A stretch of 63,653 nt of DNA, filler included, from Reticulomyxa filosa (GCA_000512085.1; 14 parts of 14 records of this genome joined end to end with filler, not necessarily neighbours in it); one strand, 5' to 3'. Positions 11,964-26,244 are shown, counted from the first letter of the whole stretch. Program-made: numbers and translations. Notes: generated from the sequence alone by a model not told the origin.

Positions 11964-14900
11964 ATGCAACAAGGAATTATGACAAATGTATACTCATGTG
12001 ATGACCAAACTACAACTTGTAACAGGAACAAGAATATTCTAAGATCAATAGATCTGATGTGCGTGTTTGCGACTGGGATTATATTTTTCGCAATGTCAAT
12101 GGTGGTATTTACCTCGACGCATTTGTTTGTGACATCAGTATATTCGAGCAAACTGCATGCTCCATTTGAAGTAACAGTAGAATCGTTGCAGACGCAAATG
12201 ACTATGAAGTTTGCCAAGTATTCGCCAGTGATCCAGAACGCATGTAAGAGCTATTTTTCAAAGAGATTAGCATCGCGATTGTTGCTGGAATCACTTTCAG
12301 TGGAAAGCAATTTTTTGAAAAACAACACATCGCGGATCAAAGCACGTATCCCTGTATCGCCACCGCTGCAATGCACAGTACACAGTCCAGACCACATGAA
12401 AAGGTTTGATAACGCATTTGCGTATTTGTCTTTTCACGAGAGCATGTCAATGAATAACGGTACATTGATATTCAATTTCCTGACACCAGCAAATGAGTAC
12501 TTTGACGAAAACGAAGTGGTGATTATTTCCGTCCATGACGACGACAAGTCGAAGAACGTTACACACGTTCAATCTGAAACACAAATAAAAAACAAACAAA
12601 ACATTGTTTTCCAAGCAAAGAAAACGAGACGAGAAATAGAAGCATTGGAGAACGAAATGACCACAAATTTATGCCAAAAAAGATTTTTATGTGTGCTGCG
12701 TGATCATCAACTTGTGTCGCCATCATCGAACAGCAAAAGATTGGAACCTTTGATTTTTTTCAGCAAACCCATTGAAAGCCAATGCCAAAGTCTCAGTCCT
12801 TCATCGATGTCTCCTGTCATTGTGTATTGTGACATGCTGGATGAGTGGACCCTGGCCTATTACTCGCATCATCATCACGCCGGAAATGACGACGATGTGA
12901 ACGACTATCTGCTGTCGTATTTGAATCAAGTCCAACATTACAGTAACGCCATCCTACAAAGTGGCGAGGAGACCCGAGTCACTCTTGAGCTATTTGACAT
13001 CCGACCTGTCGAGTATCTACAACAATTGGGTCTTTCCAATATCAATATCAATGCCAATACCAATAAATGGCTCTTTTGGTCGAGTGGGGCTGTGCGGCCT
13101 GTCTGCAGCACTTTTTTGGTCAACCAAAAACAATTGCACAGACATGACCCACCTCTGTGGCTTCCCTCAACTAACACCCTTTGGAACACACATGCAACAG
13201 CAGCGGCCAAAAGACAGGCGCAAACACCAACGCCGTCTCGAAAATATCTCATTTCCGCTTGTGTCATGGTGCATCCAATTCATAAACGTAATCGTCAGCT
13301 TTCTCAGCTTCTGCTCAATTGGATTGAATTCCATCATTGGATTGGTTCGTGTCTTTTTTTAGTCGCAAAAAAAAATTTCATACTCTTTTTGTTTTCGCTT
13401 TTATATATATACATACATACATATATATTTTATTATTATTTATTTATTTTTATATTTATACTGACAAAATACAATTTATTTATTTATTTTTTTTTTGTAT
13501 AGGTATTGAACATTTTTATGTGTACGATCACACGGGCGGTACGTATCCTGATGATTTTACCGTTTGGGACACGTTGCTAAGCAATGGGTACGTTGAGAAT
13601 GAATTGGTAACTTATGTGGACTGGAATGTAAAGGAATTTAAACAGAATGGTTTATCACATCGCCTCGCTCAGATGAACACATGCTTGAAACGCTTCCAGT
13701 TTGAATCGCAATATATTGTTATCTTGGACTTGCAAGAATTCTTATTTGCGGGCATGAAAACGATCGAAATGGACGAAAATCCATCCGTTGGGACTGACGA
13801 AAGAGGAGAGAATACCAATGCATTGGAAACAAAAATTAAAAAAATATATCGATACTCACTGGCCAATGCAATGAACCACATCCAACAACGGCACTCGTCG
13901 TATGTGAGCTATTATGTCGTTCACAAGCATCAAGGCTTACCTTGTCGCAATCTCTTGGCAAAAACGAACAAAGCAATTTCGTGCAACCAAACCTATCCTT
14001 CGTATCTGGACAAATATCGATGCACACGCAACACTCCAAGCAAATACGACATATTTATCACTGACCCATTGTTCATACACTCGTCATCGCTACATCTTGT
14101 CCACATTCATAACGATTTGCTGATGTATCGTTTCATGCTCACTGATGGCACACAAATTGGATGGAATGGAAACGAAACCAACAGATTTTGGCTCAAAAAT
14201 GAAAATCTTTCGCAAGGGGCTGAAAAACGAAATGAGTCCGAACATGTCGTCCAAATATTTTTCTGTACGTTAATTACGTTTTTTGTTTGTGGTTTGTTTG
14301 ACCGATAAGATCACACTGGGGAAATTCCACTTGGGGAATTGTATACGTACAGACAATGGTGGTAATTCCTTGCATTGTATTGACACAACCGACGAGAAGG
14401 ATGACCTGATTCGTCGAGAAGAGAAAATTCTGGAACCACCAGTTGTAGGCAATATGCTGGATGAATTCCACGACTTTATACAAAAAAATATCCGAAAAAA
14501 CTTGACAATTCATGAGCAGTTGAATGCGAGTACAACACATTGTCAAAAAGAGAAGAGAAAAACGGAAGTGGTGACATCGAACAGTGGCGATCTGTCTGAT
14601 ATGCAAAACATTCAAAAAACATTGTTCCATTATTTGTGGTACTTTATAAATGTTAATGGCCGCAAAGACAGAAAAGAAAACAAGTTTACTGATAAATTTG
14701 TCAAGTTTGTCAATTTAAGCCAAACCATTGCAAAGAGTATCCCATTGCACTGGAACACACTGCGGAATTCCAAAAACGTGCCAGGTACCGATTTCGACCT
14801 GGAATATGTAAAGATGCGAGAAATGCGAAGGACGTGGATGATCATTGAGCAATTTTACTTTGAAAAACGTTTGCTAAGTGTTGAAGATACATATCAAAAA

Positions 14901-16602
14901 GTCATTGACGCGTTTCAATGGATTGATAAGCAATTGAAGTATCTTTTTTTTTTAAATGACATTGTCTTTTCTTTTTTACACATATACGTATACATATGTG
15001 TATTGACTACTTATTATGTACTATGTTTCCAAGTTTACATATTAAATGTTTATTTGTTACAATAACAAATCTATTCATTTGAGGGGGGGGACCAAAAAAA
15101 AAACACACACACAAGTGCTCAAATTCGTAAAAAAATGCGGTTACGTGGTGACAGCAGGATTACATTTGGAATGAAACCAGTTCAATTTTTACACATTTCT
15201 CGCAGTGCTGGAACAACAGTATGCCAGACAGTTAAAAAGTTGGGCTTGGCGACAAGCAATGAACGGTTTTTCAATTGCAACATTGCACCTTGTTGCCGAC
15301 ACGCGTTTCAGAACATACCGGACCCTTCCTCCAATTGGACATGCGCATGGAAGTATGAACACGTAAAAGCACGCCGATATAACTTTTTTGGCAAAGAAAA
15401 TGCCTGGGAGTATCACAAAGAAGACAACATGCACAATTGTTATAAACAGTTCTTGAACATGGTCGTAGTGCGAGAACCACTTGAGCATGCAGTGTCTTGG
15501 ATCAGTTTTCGAATGTTGTTGTATTACCATGGTGCGTTATACAAAAGATACCAATTATCCGCTTTGTATAGTGGAGAAGTACAGATTGATTGGGTAACAT
15601 TACATGAAAGAGGTTTGCATTTTATTTTATTTTGTTTTGTTTTTTCAATATGATGAAATCAACTAATAACCTTTTTTTTTTATTTTTTTTAATAAAAATA
15701 AAAATTAAAAAAAAACAAAACAAGGTATTAAAGCAAAGTCGGTTGATGAATTACTTTGTTTGGGATTGCCAAGTCGACCGAATTTGAAGTTGATTTTTGA
15801 CCCTTTTTCTGAAACGATGGCAACCAATTTGGAACGAAATGTGTGGGTTGCTTGTTATGTGATTGGCGAAAGATGTGTGGAAGGACTGATTACAGCCTTA
15901 TTCCATGACGTGTCCTCAATAACACAGTCCCGTCACAAAATACTGTCCAATGGGCAGATTCTGGATCACAGATATGACTATAAGGTCGCCGATATATCTT
16001 CGGATCAATGTCAATCTGTCAAACCGTATTTGCGTCCTCCCAAAAATCTCTCGATAATTATGGATTGGTTTGGCAGTGAATACTCCCTGTTTGGGATGAT
16101 GCTGGAAGATAAAAAAGATCCGTTGAATTTAGATATGTTCCGTGCCTTTTTGAATGAGATCACGGCACGAAGTATTGGCATACCTCATAGAAGTTTGAAC
16201 GTTTTGTACGATAGTTATTATATTGCTCCAAAAGATTTGCTCCGCAGACATCGACAATTTTTAACTCAGTCCTTGCGATTCTTGTTCGAATTTGATTTTG
16301 TGTTACCCTTTCAATCGAAGGCATTTAAATTACAAGATTCCAAAATGCAAATTTGGTCGCATTTGTTCGACGAAATCCGAAATTTCGCTCTTCGAACAAA
16401 AAAGGTCGACAACACATCCAACTCAATTATCACGTTCTGGAGCAAAGGAGACGAACAGTATGCCGGCTTTGATACCAAAAAAATTTATGAGGCTATCAGC
16501 TCTGAGGAATGGCAAATACTGCGGAAATACAATGTTATGGACACAATATTATTCAACGTCAGTCAATTAATTGGTGAGGTAGATAGTCAATATTATTATT
16601 GA
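11964..16602 (+). CDS. Type II membrane protein with a GT92/DUF23-like glycosyltransferase domain and a C-terminal PAPS-dependent sulfotransferase domain; 5 exons, about 1367 aa
   Basis: N-terminal TM segment (VFATGIIFFAMSMVVF). GT92-like ISACVMV...NWIEFHHWIGIEHFYVYD...QMNTCL...ILDLQEFL. Sulfotransferase motifs FLHISRSAGTT, VVREPLEHAVS and LRKYNVMDTILF. Frame-consistent GT-AG introns at 13345-13502, 14265-14352, 14939-15115 and 15613-15724 give 4104 coding nt. Confidence 0.75.
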
Positions 16603-16955
16603 CCTTGCTTGATCCTTTTTCATACAAGTTTACAATTTTGTTTCTTTGTTTGTGTTACAATGTCTCTATTTTTATCTTTTTTTCTCTTTTGTGATGTATC
16701 CTTTTTTATTCTTTCGTTTTTAGGTGTTCTTTTTTAAATGTGTTGTCCTCATTTGCTTTGGTTATCTATTTAATTTAGAATTTTAAGAAACCACCGCTTT
16801 CGCTGTCACTTTTCATGAAAACTATTAACTTTGAAAAGAGTTACTGCTTACCTTAAAAACTTGTTTTGTGCCTTAAAGACATTTCTTTTCTGTTTGTGTC
16901 GTTCGCAATAAAATGATTAAACAAAAAAAAAAAGGTAAGGAAGAAAAACGAGTTT

Positions 16956-18678
16956 GTGTCTGGGGGACCAAAAATGTCTTTCTTTTTGTTTCCAATAAGT
17001 ATCACGCGGCAGCCACAATGTTTGAATATACCAATTCAATTGATAATTCGTAGGTTTAGTGAAGTGGCTTTGGGAACGGGAAAAACATGCCAGGAAACAG
17101 TTCGAAAGTCAATGGGAAAGCAAATGAAGTATCGACATTCGCCAGCACTTCCGACAATGGTTGACATGCATCGTCGCCGAGAATTGTTGGGGACCAACAA
17201 AGACACAAATGTAACGAACAAATTACCACCAGAAAGCCTGCAAGCAATTGCTGAAATTGGCGAACTGTGGCAGCATCCAGCAACAATGTATGAATATCTG
17301 CTGAAATGGAACGGCACCGACGAACAAGTATTCGGACATGCAATAATGTTATGTTTGAATACATTCAATTTCAAAGCAGCTATTGATATAATGGAACTCG
17401 CATTGAAAAAACGTCAATCACAAGAAATGTCGATAAATAGAGCATTGTTTGCCAAATTTTTCCAAGTGTTATGCAAATGTGATCGATTAGAATATGCACT
17501 ACCATATTTGGATCTGATGACAACCAAGTATGGTATTACACCAAATAACATAATTTTCAGTACTTTGATCAGTGGATGCAAATTTCGTGGTTTGATTGAT
17601 GCTGCTGATCATTTGTTGAATTTGATGACTAACGAGTTTGATTTGGAGCCAGATTTTATTACGTATGGAGCTTTTCTTAGCGTGTGTGCAAAAAGTGGAG
17701 ACCTCAAAAAAGCCGAGCGAGTATTTTTGCACTTACTGCAACAAAGTAAGGTCAACATTGCCATTTTGGGAGCAATGTTGGATGTATATTCCAGCAATGG
17801 ACATATTTCAGAAATGGAAAGCTTATTTGAGCATGCTTGTACTCAAACTACATTTGCACATTTGGAAATGAATGAGGTCATTTATAGCACCATATTTAGT
17901 GGATATTTGAAAGCTGGAAATCCTCAAAAAGTTATCGACTTGTTTCAGCATATCAAAGATGGATGGAACAATGGAACGCTTGCAAACCAGCCAAATCTCT
18001 GCAGAGGAGGACATGAAACAACAGTTTGCACAAGTCAATATCCATTCGGAACGGTTCAATGCCTTGGCTGCGGTTGCATGCTACTACTTACAAGTGCAAT
18101 CAATAAAAAATGGAGAGTTTGAAACGGAGACCCGATGGCATAATCGTGTGAAAGATCTCATTCATGAAATATCCACACACACTCCAGAACTTGACAGAAA
18201 CAGTGTCGGGTTGCTTGTCAAAAGCCATTTGACACACTATCACAAAAATTGGCTGGATTTCGTTCCAGTGTTTGAAAAGGAAATTTTGACAAAATATCCC
18301 CAATATGACGTCTCGAAAGATTACATGACAAAATCTCATCTCAAATGTATTGATTTGCATTTTTGTGATCACATTGAAGCAAGATTTTTGCTACGTTACT
18401 TGTTGGGTTTCAATAGGGACCAATTCTACACTAAGTCAAATGGAGAAATTTTGATTTTATTTGGAAAACGTAAACACAGACGAGAAACTGTAAACAAAAA
18501 GGACCTTCTTCATACAATTGAAAATGAACTTTTGTCTTGGGAGCAGCCTTTACGACTGCTTCCTTTCAATGATGATCCTTCTGTGAAAAAAATTGATCCT
18601 CAAGATCTACAAAGTTTTACAACAAGATTTTTGCCTCGCGATACTTCCTTTTGTTCCTCAGAAATACCTTTGTTGTAA
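16956..18678 (+). CDS. PPR-repeat protein with a C-terminal Smr-like domain; one frameshift near 17990; start uncertain
   Basis: About 35-aa PPR repeats (TPNNIIFSTLISGC, EPDFITYGAFLSVCAKSGDLKKAERVF, NEVIYSTIFSGYLKAGNPQKVIDLF). Smr-like CIDLHF...EARFLLRYLL...ILILFGKRKH lies in the +1 frame ORF 17959-18678. Confidence 0.75.
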
Positions 18679-18888
18679 TTATTTGACTCTATTATTAGAT
18701 AATTTAAGCCTCGTGCATATTTCAACTAAACTTAGAAGTATTTATGTTCATTGGACTGAGATCCAATATTTTGCTTGTTTATTTCAACCACTTACAAAAC
18801 TTGACAAAAATAAAGCGAACAATTAGGAGAAAATTTAATAAATTGTTGATTTAAGTAAAAGCTATGACAGTTCCCGGTGAAAATGAAG

Positions 18889-20962
18889 TCATTCTCCTTT
18901 CTTTTTTGATATTGGGTTTTTTTGCTTGACTAAGGAAGTTAGAACATTTTTATGGACTTGTCGTGCCTCTGAAGACGTTGACATGTACTGTTCACTGTGC
19001 CCAATAGGCATATTTAGAACGAATAACTGTTCTGGACATGCAACAATGTGTTTTTCCAATTCTGTTTCTACTTCACTCAACAGTCGGTGATATGTATTAA
19101 TCAAATGTTCGATGTTACGTTGCTCCGTACTCGCAACTTTTGCGAAATGCTCACTAACACTTTTCGCTGTTTTCAGTATTTCCAACAATTTCTGTGTTTT
19201 GTAAGAAAAATCCTGTGTCGGTATAGACACATAGACATCTAATTCCAACTCACATTCTCAACATTTTCTAGATCCTTCAAGTGTTCGGTCCAGTTTTCTT
19301 CTTTCTTTTCGGTTGGATTTGTCTCCAATCCTGCCATAATAATGCTGAACTTCCCCTTTTTTTTTAACAATTAATGTGTTGCGGACACTCAAGATAACTT
19401 TGTGATAAAAAAGAGGCTATTTAAAGAAAAAAGAAAAAATTCAAAATTGCCAACTTACGATTTGTAAAAGACTGTTGAAATTAAAACATTGTTTCTCGAA
19501 ACGTTTGGAAATCACAAAGTTTCAGTTACAGCTAGGCCTTCACAAACTCTTTCAATTTCCTCCGTTATGGATATTTCAGAGAGAAAGATGATAATGAAAA
19601 GGTAAAACAAACAAAAAAAAGAAAATACACGCAATAAAATCGATTCTTTGTCATGAATACAAAACGCAATAGTTCCAAAAAAAGTTACGACGTGTCTTCT
19701 TCCTATTCAGTAGCAATCCAAACGTTCGAAACAACATTTAACAAATCAAATAAATCAAAAAGAGTTTATAAATGTTTACTGCCTGTCTCTGATGTTTATT
19801 TGTGACATAATTAATCGCAAACGTTTCGTGTGTCATATGTTGCTTTTCATCATCTTCGTCATGAATCTCGTTCGAATTGAAAGAACTGGCGTGCGGTGAA
19901 GATAACTGGCCACTCTCATCTTGCTCAGCAATATTTTGAAGATTCGTGGGGTTGCTGTACAAGTTGGGAGATGAGCGCTGAAGCAAAAAAGAAGGAACCG
20001 GTGGTAGTGGAGGCGGTAATGGAGGAGGAATCAACGAAGCGTCTGAGCTAAAAGACTCTGAATAAGAGGGAGCAATTGTCACATAATTTCCACGCACTTC
20101 AAACGAATGTCTCTCAGGCAAAAATGGAGTAGCCTTACTAATGACAGCGCCAATGTCAGATGGCGCAATGTTCGAGGTATATGAACAAGAATAAGCGTTG
20201 CTCTGTGCAAAAAAAAAAAGGGGAGGTTTATCGATATTGCGTTAATGTATACATTACAAAAAATAAACGAAAAGCAATTACTTAACGTCATTTGTAACAA
20301 TCTTTGGCACGACCACGGGTGTTCTTGTAGAATGCCCCATGGCAATAACAAAGTCTTTGCCACCACAAACAGTACGAATTCGATATGCTCGCAGGTATTG
20401 TAAAATCTTTGCTTCCTTGTATATTGTTTCTGTCACGGGTTCTTTGCCCCACATTAATACGCACCCTTTTTTTTTTTTTTTTTTATTAAAAAAAATTGTA
20501 AGTAGTAAAAACAAAGAAAGATAACAACAACTGTCTTACATAATAAAAAATGAAAATACCATCTTTGGTAATGGCAAACGTGCGACTTTGCACGCACTCG
20601 ACATTGGCAATGTTAGGCTCACTTCCAATGGGGACGAGAGTTGGATTCCAATAGGTGTTTTCGTTGGCTTGGCCTAGTCGATAAAGCGTCCCCAACCCAC
20701 ATGTGAACAGCTCTCCTTTTTTGCTGACGAAGCCGCTGTGATACTCTGCAGCGCTAATGTCAATAATTTTGGAGAGTCGTCTAATTTGAACGGGTGTTGT
20801 GACTTCAGATGGACCTGCATCAATACCCATCCGTCCGTGTTCGTTGCGTCCACACGCAAATACATGTCCATTGCTCAACAGCAGCAGAGTGTAGCCTACC
20901 CCACATTCGATCTTGGCCCACGAGAGTTTGGATTTGTATGCATTTGTATCTACGCTCTCTGC
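18889..20962 (-). CDS. RCC1-repeat protein with a Pro-rich linker and a C-terminal coiled coil; multi-exon, 5' truncated
   Basis: RCC1 repeats IECGVGYTLLLLSNGHVFACGRNEHGRMG, ISAAEYHSGFVSKKGELFTCGLGTLYRLG and VCGGKDFVIAMG. Confidence 0.8.
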
Positions 20963-21123
20963 AAACAATGACAAGCAAAAGCACATTAATACATATATAT
21001 GTGTATATATATATATTTTTTTTNNNNNNNNNNNNNNNNNNNNNNNNNNNNNNNNNNNNNNNNNNNNTTAATTAATTAANNNNNNNNNNNNNNNNNNNNN
21101 NNNNNNNNNNNNNNNNNNNNNNN

Positions 21124-22148
21124 TTTTTCAATTCGTTTCGCAATGTCAAGTTGGTGGCAATGGCTCGACGCAATGCGGCTCTCATCACATCGGGTTTTTT
21201 CGCTTCTTCGGCGTTCAATCGTTTCTTGCGTTGGATATCCTGCAGAGCGGAACGGAAGTGCGGCTTGACCAACGGATCATTGAGCAGGTCTTGCTCTCGT
21301 TGTGCTCGTGATTGGAAGCGTTCCAAAGGTCGAACGTAAAAGACGCCACGATAAGCTTCGCCACTGTCCAAAAACTCTTCCAACAATTCTTGTCGATAAC
21401 GCACCAAATGTTTCCAAACGAACCGCAAATGAATCGCCGACTTTGTGATGCGCAGCAGCTGTTCGATCAATTCATCTCGCTTCGTAATTGCGCTTTTGTT
21501 TTCGTCTCCATGCATAAGTTCGTAGTGGTACCATCGCCATAGCACTCGCGGCGCTTGTCTGCTATGCAGCATTACATCGTGGTATTCTTTCAAAGTGTCA
21601 ATTTCTTTCCACAACAACGCACGAGGATAGCGTTGGCGAATGCAATTCGAATACTTGCTGTGATATTTCCTTACCAAGTTCTCCAACAATAACATGGCAC
21701 AATGGTCATTTTCAATTATGCGCAAACCTTCATTGTCCACCAAATTCACATTCTTCAAGGCTTGCAAGATATATTGAATGCCTTGTTTGACAATTGGGAC
21801 TTCGTAGCAACGATATCGCAACGACCCTCGATAGGTGGTGTTGTATACGATTTGAGTTCCCGTCAAGAGCAGTCCTTCAATTTTGGGACCCAACTTGTCT
21901 TCCGGCATTCCACTGGAAGGTCCCTTGTCCAAATTGAACGTGAGCAATGTGCTGGTTTTGCTTACTTTGGCTTCGATCCAGTGTCCTCCCCAAATCCATT
22001 GTTCCAACATATCCGCGCACCAAATGCCTTGTTCTGTCGTCCAACATTCTCGTTCAGCGTCCGTCCTGAATAGCGAGGGTGGTACTGCCGACTTTTCATT
22101 TTGCTTGCGAGCGTTTTCGCGACGGACTGCTTCTTCACGGAACAACAA
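21124..22148 (-). CDS. Hypothetical protein, internal fragment spanning the whole contig
   Basis: About 340 uninterrupted codons, open at both ends; no motif recognised. Confidence 0.7.
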
Positions 22149-25100
22149 NNNNNNNNNNNNNNNNNNNNNNNNNNNNNNNNNNNNNNNNNNNNTTAATTAA
22201 TTAANNNNNNNNNNNNNNNNNNNNNNNNNNNNNNNNNNNNNNNNNNNNGCAAAACTTTTCGAATACCACCATGAGATGTACAGCATCGATTTCTTCTTCA
22301 CTCGGATAGTAGCAGACACGGATCCAGATAGTGTTGATGAAATGAAATACTCCAAAGTCTTTACAACGTATTCCAATTTGATAAGTAAAGATGATGATAA
22401 CGATGACAATGAGGATATCAAGGTAGATTGTGGAGCAGTTAAAGCCATTTTTGTAACGATATTTGGCAAATAGTGACTATTTTATAATGCAGTTATATCC
22501 AACAGCTGCTCCAATAATTGCACTGGCTCTTTGTTTGTCGCTTCACTTGGATTATTGTTCTTGCTACCTTTGGTGTCTGTGTTGATAATAAAAATATTGT
22601 CGATATTGGTATATGCATTCAGTCTTGTATTTATGGAGGCCTTTGCTTGTCTTAGCTGTTTGTTAAGATTGTGTTTGTCATTGTGGCTGCTGCAATAGTG
22701 ACAGCAATATGGCATGTGACAACCTAGTTTCTTGGTTTTCGCTTGGCCTTTGTCATGTCGAACGAGCCAATACTTTTCCAAGGCTAAATGCTGGTCTCTC
22801 AATAACGAGTAACGCGTTGTAAAGGACAAGGTATCCATCTGTAATAAGTCCAAACCCTTTTTCAGTACATACGCCTCCTTTTCCTCATAAGATATTGGGT
22901 TCACTTATTTTTCTGTGACACTAGACGTAACAGAATCGGATGCACATTTATGAACAAAGAATTCAACAATATATCAAAAACTCTTTGACACAGTTCCAAA
23001 ACGATATTGATCCAGGAACATATTGAAAACAATATATTATGAACATTGAAGTTAGCACAATATGGACAGAAAATAATGTCTACAGTTGAGATAAAACCAA
23101 ATTATCGAAGAACTTGGAAAGAGCAAAGCTACATAGTAACACTATCGAAAACATAACAAAATTAATTGAACGATTGTATGGAAGAAAGCAGTCAATTGCA
23201 GGGCGGTTCAACTCTAGACAGAAATTAAATTATTAGAAACCAAAGAACAAGAAGCAAGGATTCTTTCTATTCAGTTTTCAGAAAAAATTAAGTCTATTGT
23301 CGAAGAATGTGTCAACAAGTGTTGACTTATTGAAAGAGGAAGAAGTTGCACATGTTTCATTTAAGAATGGTAAAAGCAATTCACAATTCAAAGATAATCT
23401 TATCTTATTTAGGAATTTGTAATAAACATTTTTTTTTCATGATAAAAAATAAAGTGAACCAAAAATTAAGAAAGCGGTTGTATTGTTTTGGAAAGGCATT
23501 TTAATCTAAAATTTCTTAAACCACATAAAAGGTAATGGCTTTTGATGTTGTTTTTTCCATTCTTGATATGCACATTGATATGCACTAGCACAATAGCGCC
23601 ACGTCAATGACTGATATGGAAAATATTCTAATAGATTGTCAGGGATACATTGCTTTAACAAATGACTAAATTGAGAGTTTTCATCTTGTCTAATCTGTCC
23701 TTGTTTATAAGCGACTTCACGNNNNNNNNNNNNNNNNNNNNNNNNNNNNNNNNNNNNNNNNNNNNTTAATTAATTAANNNNNNNNNNNNNNNNNNNNNNN
23801 NNNNNNNNNNNNNNNNNNNNNTTTAGTCTTTTTAAGTGAAAAAGATTTTTTAAAAAAGACCAACTTTTTCTGCATTGACTTATAACGAGTGTACATAAAA
23901 CAACAAATTACATTTTCTAATAAACTTGGCATTTCTATAAATCGCTTGTAATCCATTTACATTTTACAAATATATTCGCTTGCAACAAACTTTTTTATTT
24001 TTATCTAAAATGGCTTTATTGCTCGTTTGATTAGGTGGGAGGGGGCAAACAAATGAGAAAATATTGAGTGGTTATTCGAACAGCAGCACAAAAGCGTTGT
24101 TATTGTTGGTGGCAATGCATGAATTAAATGCATTTGTGGTGGTGTTAAGCGCAAATGATATGAACACAAGAAATTGCAGCAAGACAAACGGACAAGTACA
24201 TCTCAATCAACACATCAATATAAATATATTGATAATGTCATGTGACACGTTGCTCAACGTGTGGAGATGTGATCAATGTCTACAATTCTACAATGACATG
24301 GCATACGAATCGACATTGCAAATTTGCACCAATGGATTGGTGCTATTAAAAATCGAAATTATACGTATTCTCCAAAGTACTATTGCTACAAATTCAAATC
24401 AATCCAAGAAGATCCTGCAAACCAAAACATCTCCAATGAATATGCTCCTATTCACGTCGTGTATATCATTGACGTTCTGCAAAGCTGCAACACTTAGGTA
24501 AATAACAGTGATAGAAAAAAGGGTGGTTTACGTATCGCAATAGATATTAAGGGGGATGATGTATTGTTTATAGTATTGGTTTGATATTTTTTAATAAAAA
24601 AAAATCAATAGGATATTAATAAATGGTGAAGTAGAAGAAATGGCAAGCATGCTACCGTTGAATAGAGGATGCAACAATCAAGAGCAAGTGTGTTTACAAT
24701 CAATTGATCCATTTACAACGTCACTGCCAACTGATACTTTAACCACCAATGCTGTCCAATCCAATATAGATCAAATGTCAAACTTCGCCGGCTATTTTGA
24801 ATGTATTGTCCAATACTGCAATGTTACGTTCCTTTTTTTTTTTTTTTGATTTCCTTTTTTTTGTTTAATAACAAATAAAAATTGATAGTGCGACTACGCG
24901 GTGCCGTTATTGAATGGAAAATGGACTAGCGACACATACGTTGACACATTGTCCAGCTGCATTGCTGGTACAAATGGTGACAGAAAGTTTGTTGTTGCAC
25001 TCCATCGCCCAAAAAACATTGTCTTTAGTGATAGAGTCGCTGCTAGTGTAAATGATGATACTGGGATACAACGTATCCGGCGATTAACCGGTCGTGGTGC

Positions 25101-26194
25101 CCATCATCTTCTATGCAAACCAGTACTCAATTATTAAAGGCGTGGTTTCTAATGGCACTTAGCCTTCAGCGTATGATATTGCACTCAAATAGCCGAACGA
25201 CTCACATTGCAAATAACTGCCTCTTCCACACAATGCCACTAGTCACACCAAATTATTTACATTCAATAGTACAAATCATTTGATGGCAGCAATGATTTGA
25301 ACGCTATGTCTTTAGCTCAATCCAAAAACGTCGACGATATCATTGGATGTTGCCAAGTTATTTTCGTTTTTTTTTTTTATTGTTGCAATTATAACATTAT
25401 TCTTTTGTTTATTGCTTGTGTATAGGAAATACTCGTTAGTATAGATGATGGCAGATAATTGGAACAAATAATTGTTGGAATTATATTGAATGAATACCAC
25501 CACATACTGTCGTTGTTTGCAATGTGGTCGTTGCATTACAATATGAAGCACCAAGAGAAGGTAAAGTATTTCATTTATGTTCAATCTATAATTATGATTT
25601 GTGCTTTTGTTTACTATAGAACACCATTCAATGTAATGAAAAGAACCTGGGGTAGAAACCACCTCCGTCTCCTCAAGGAGAAAAAGAGGTTTGTTTCTTT
25701 ATCTTTTTTTTCTAAATATGTCCAACTGTTGTATGATTTATAATATAGGTTCCCCACAATAAGTACAGATTACGCCTCTCCCTATATGCACACACAAAAA
25801 AAAAATGGGGTTGAAATCTACCCCGTATCAGAAAAAAAAAAGAAAGGTTTGTATATGTTTGTATTTATTTATGTATTGTTTTCTTATATAATTTGATTGT
25901 ACTTGTGATAAATAGGAATTCCCCCCTTCAAAGAAAAAATCATATATGTATATGTGCATTTATTTTGTATTTGTTATTCCTCTCTCCAAAAAAAAAACAA
26001 ACGTATTTAGATTGTTTACCACATGAAAAAAAATGAAATTGGATCGTGCTGCAATTATCACAGCTATAGATATATTTTTTTATTTGTTCTTTAAAATATT
26101 ATAAAATGTATTTTGTTTTTGTGTGTATATAGATATTCAAGACAAAAAAGTATATATATGTATTTTTTTAAATTGTATTTGTGAAAAAAGGGGG

Positions 26195-26244
26195 AAAAAT
26201 TTGGTGGCACGTGCTGGGAAAAAATTTGGTGACACGTGTTGGGA
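26195..26244. repeat. Two tandem copies of a 25-bp unit, each containing CACGTG
   Basis: AAAAATTTGGTGGCACGTGCTGGGA followed by AAAAATTTGGTGACACGTGTTGGGA. Confidence 0.85.

Noticed and set aside
22249-23721. ORFs at 22482-22904 and 22276-22473
   Set aside because: Short, no recognisable motif, and no consistent gene model.
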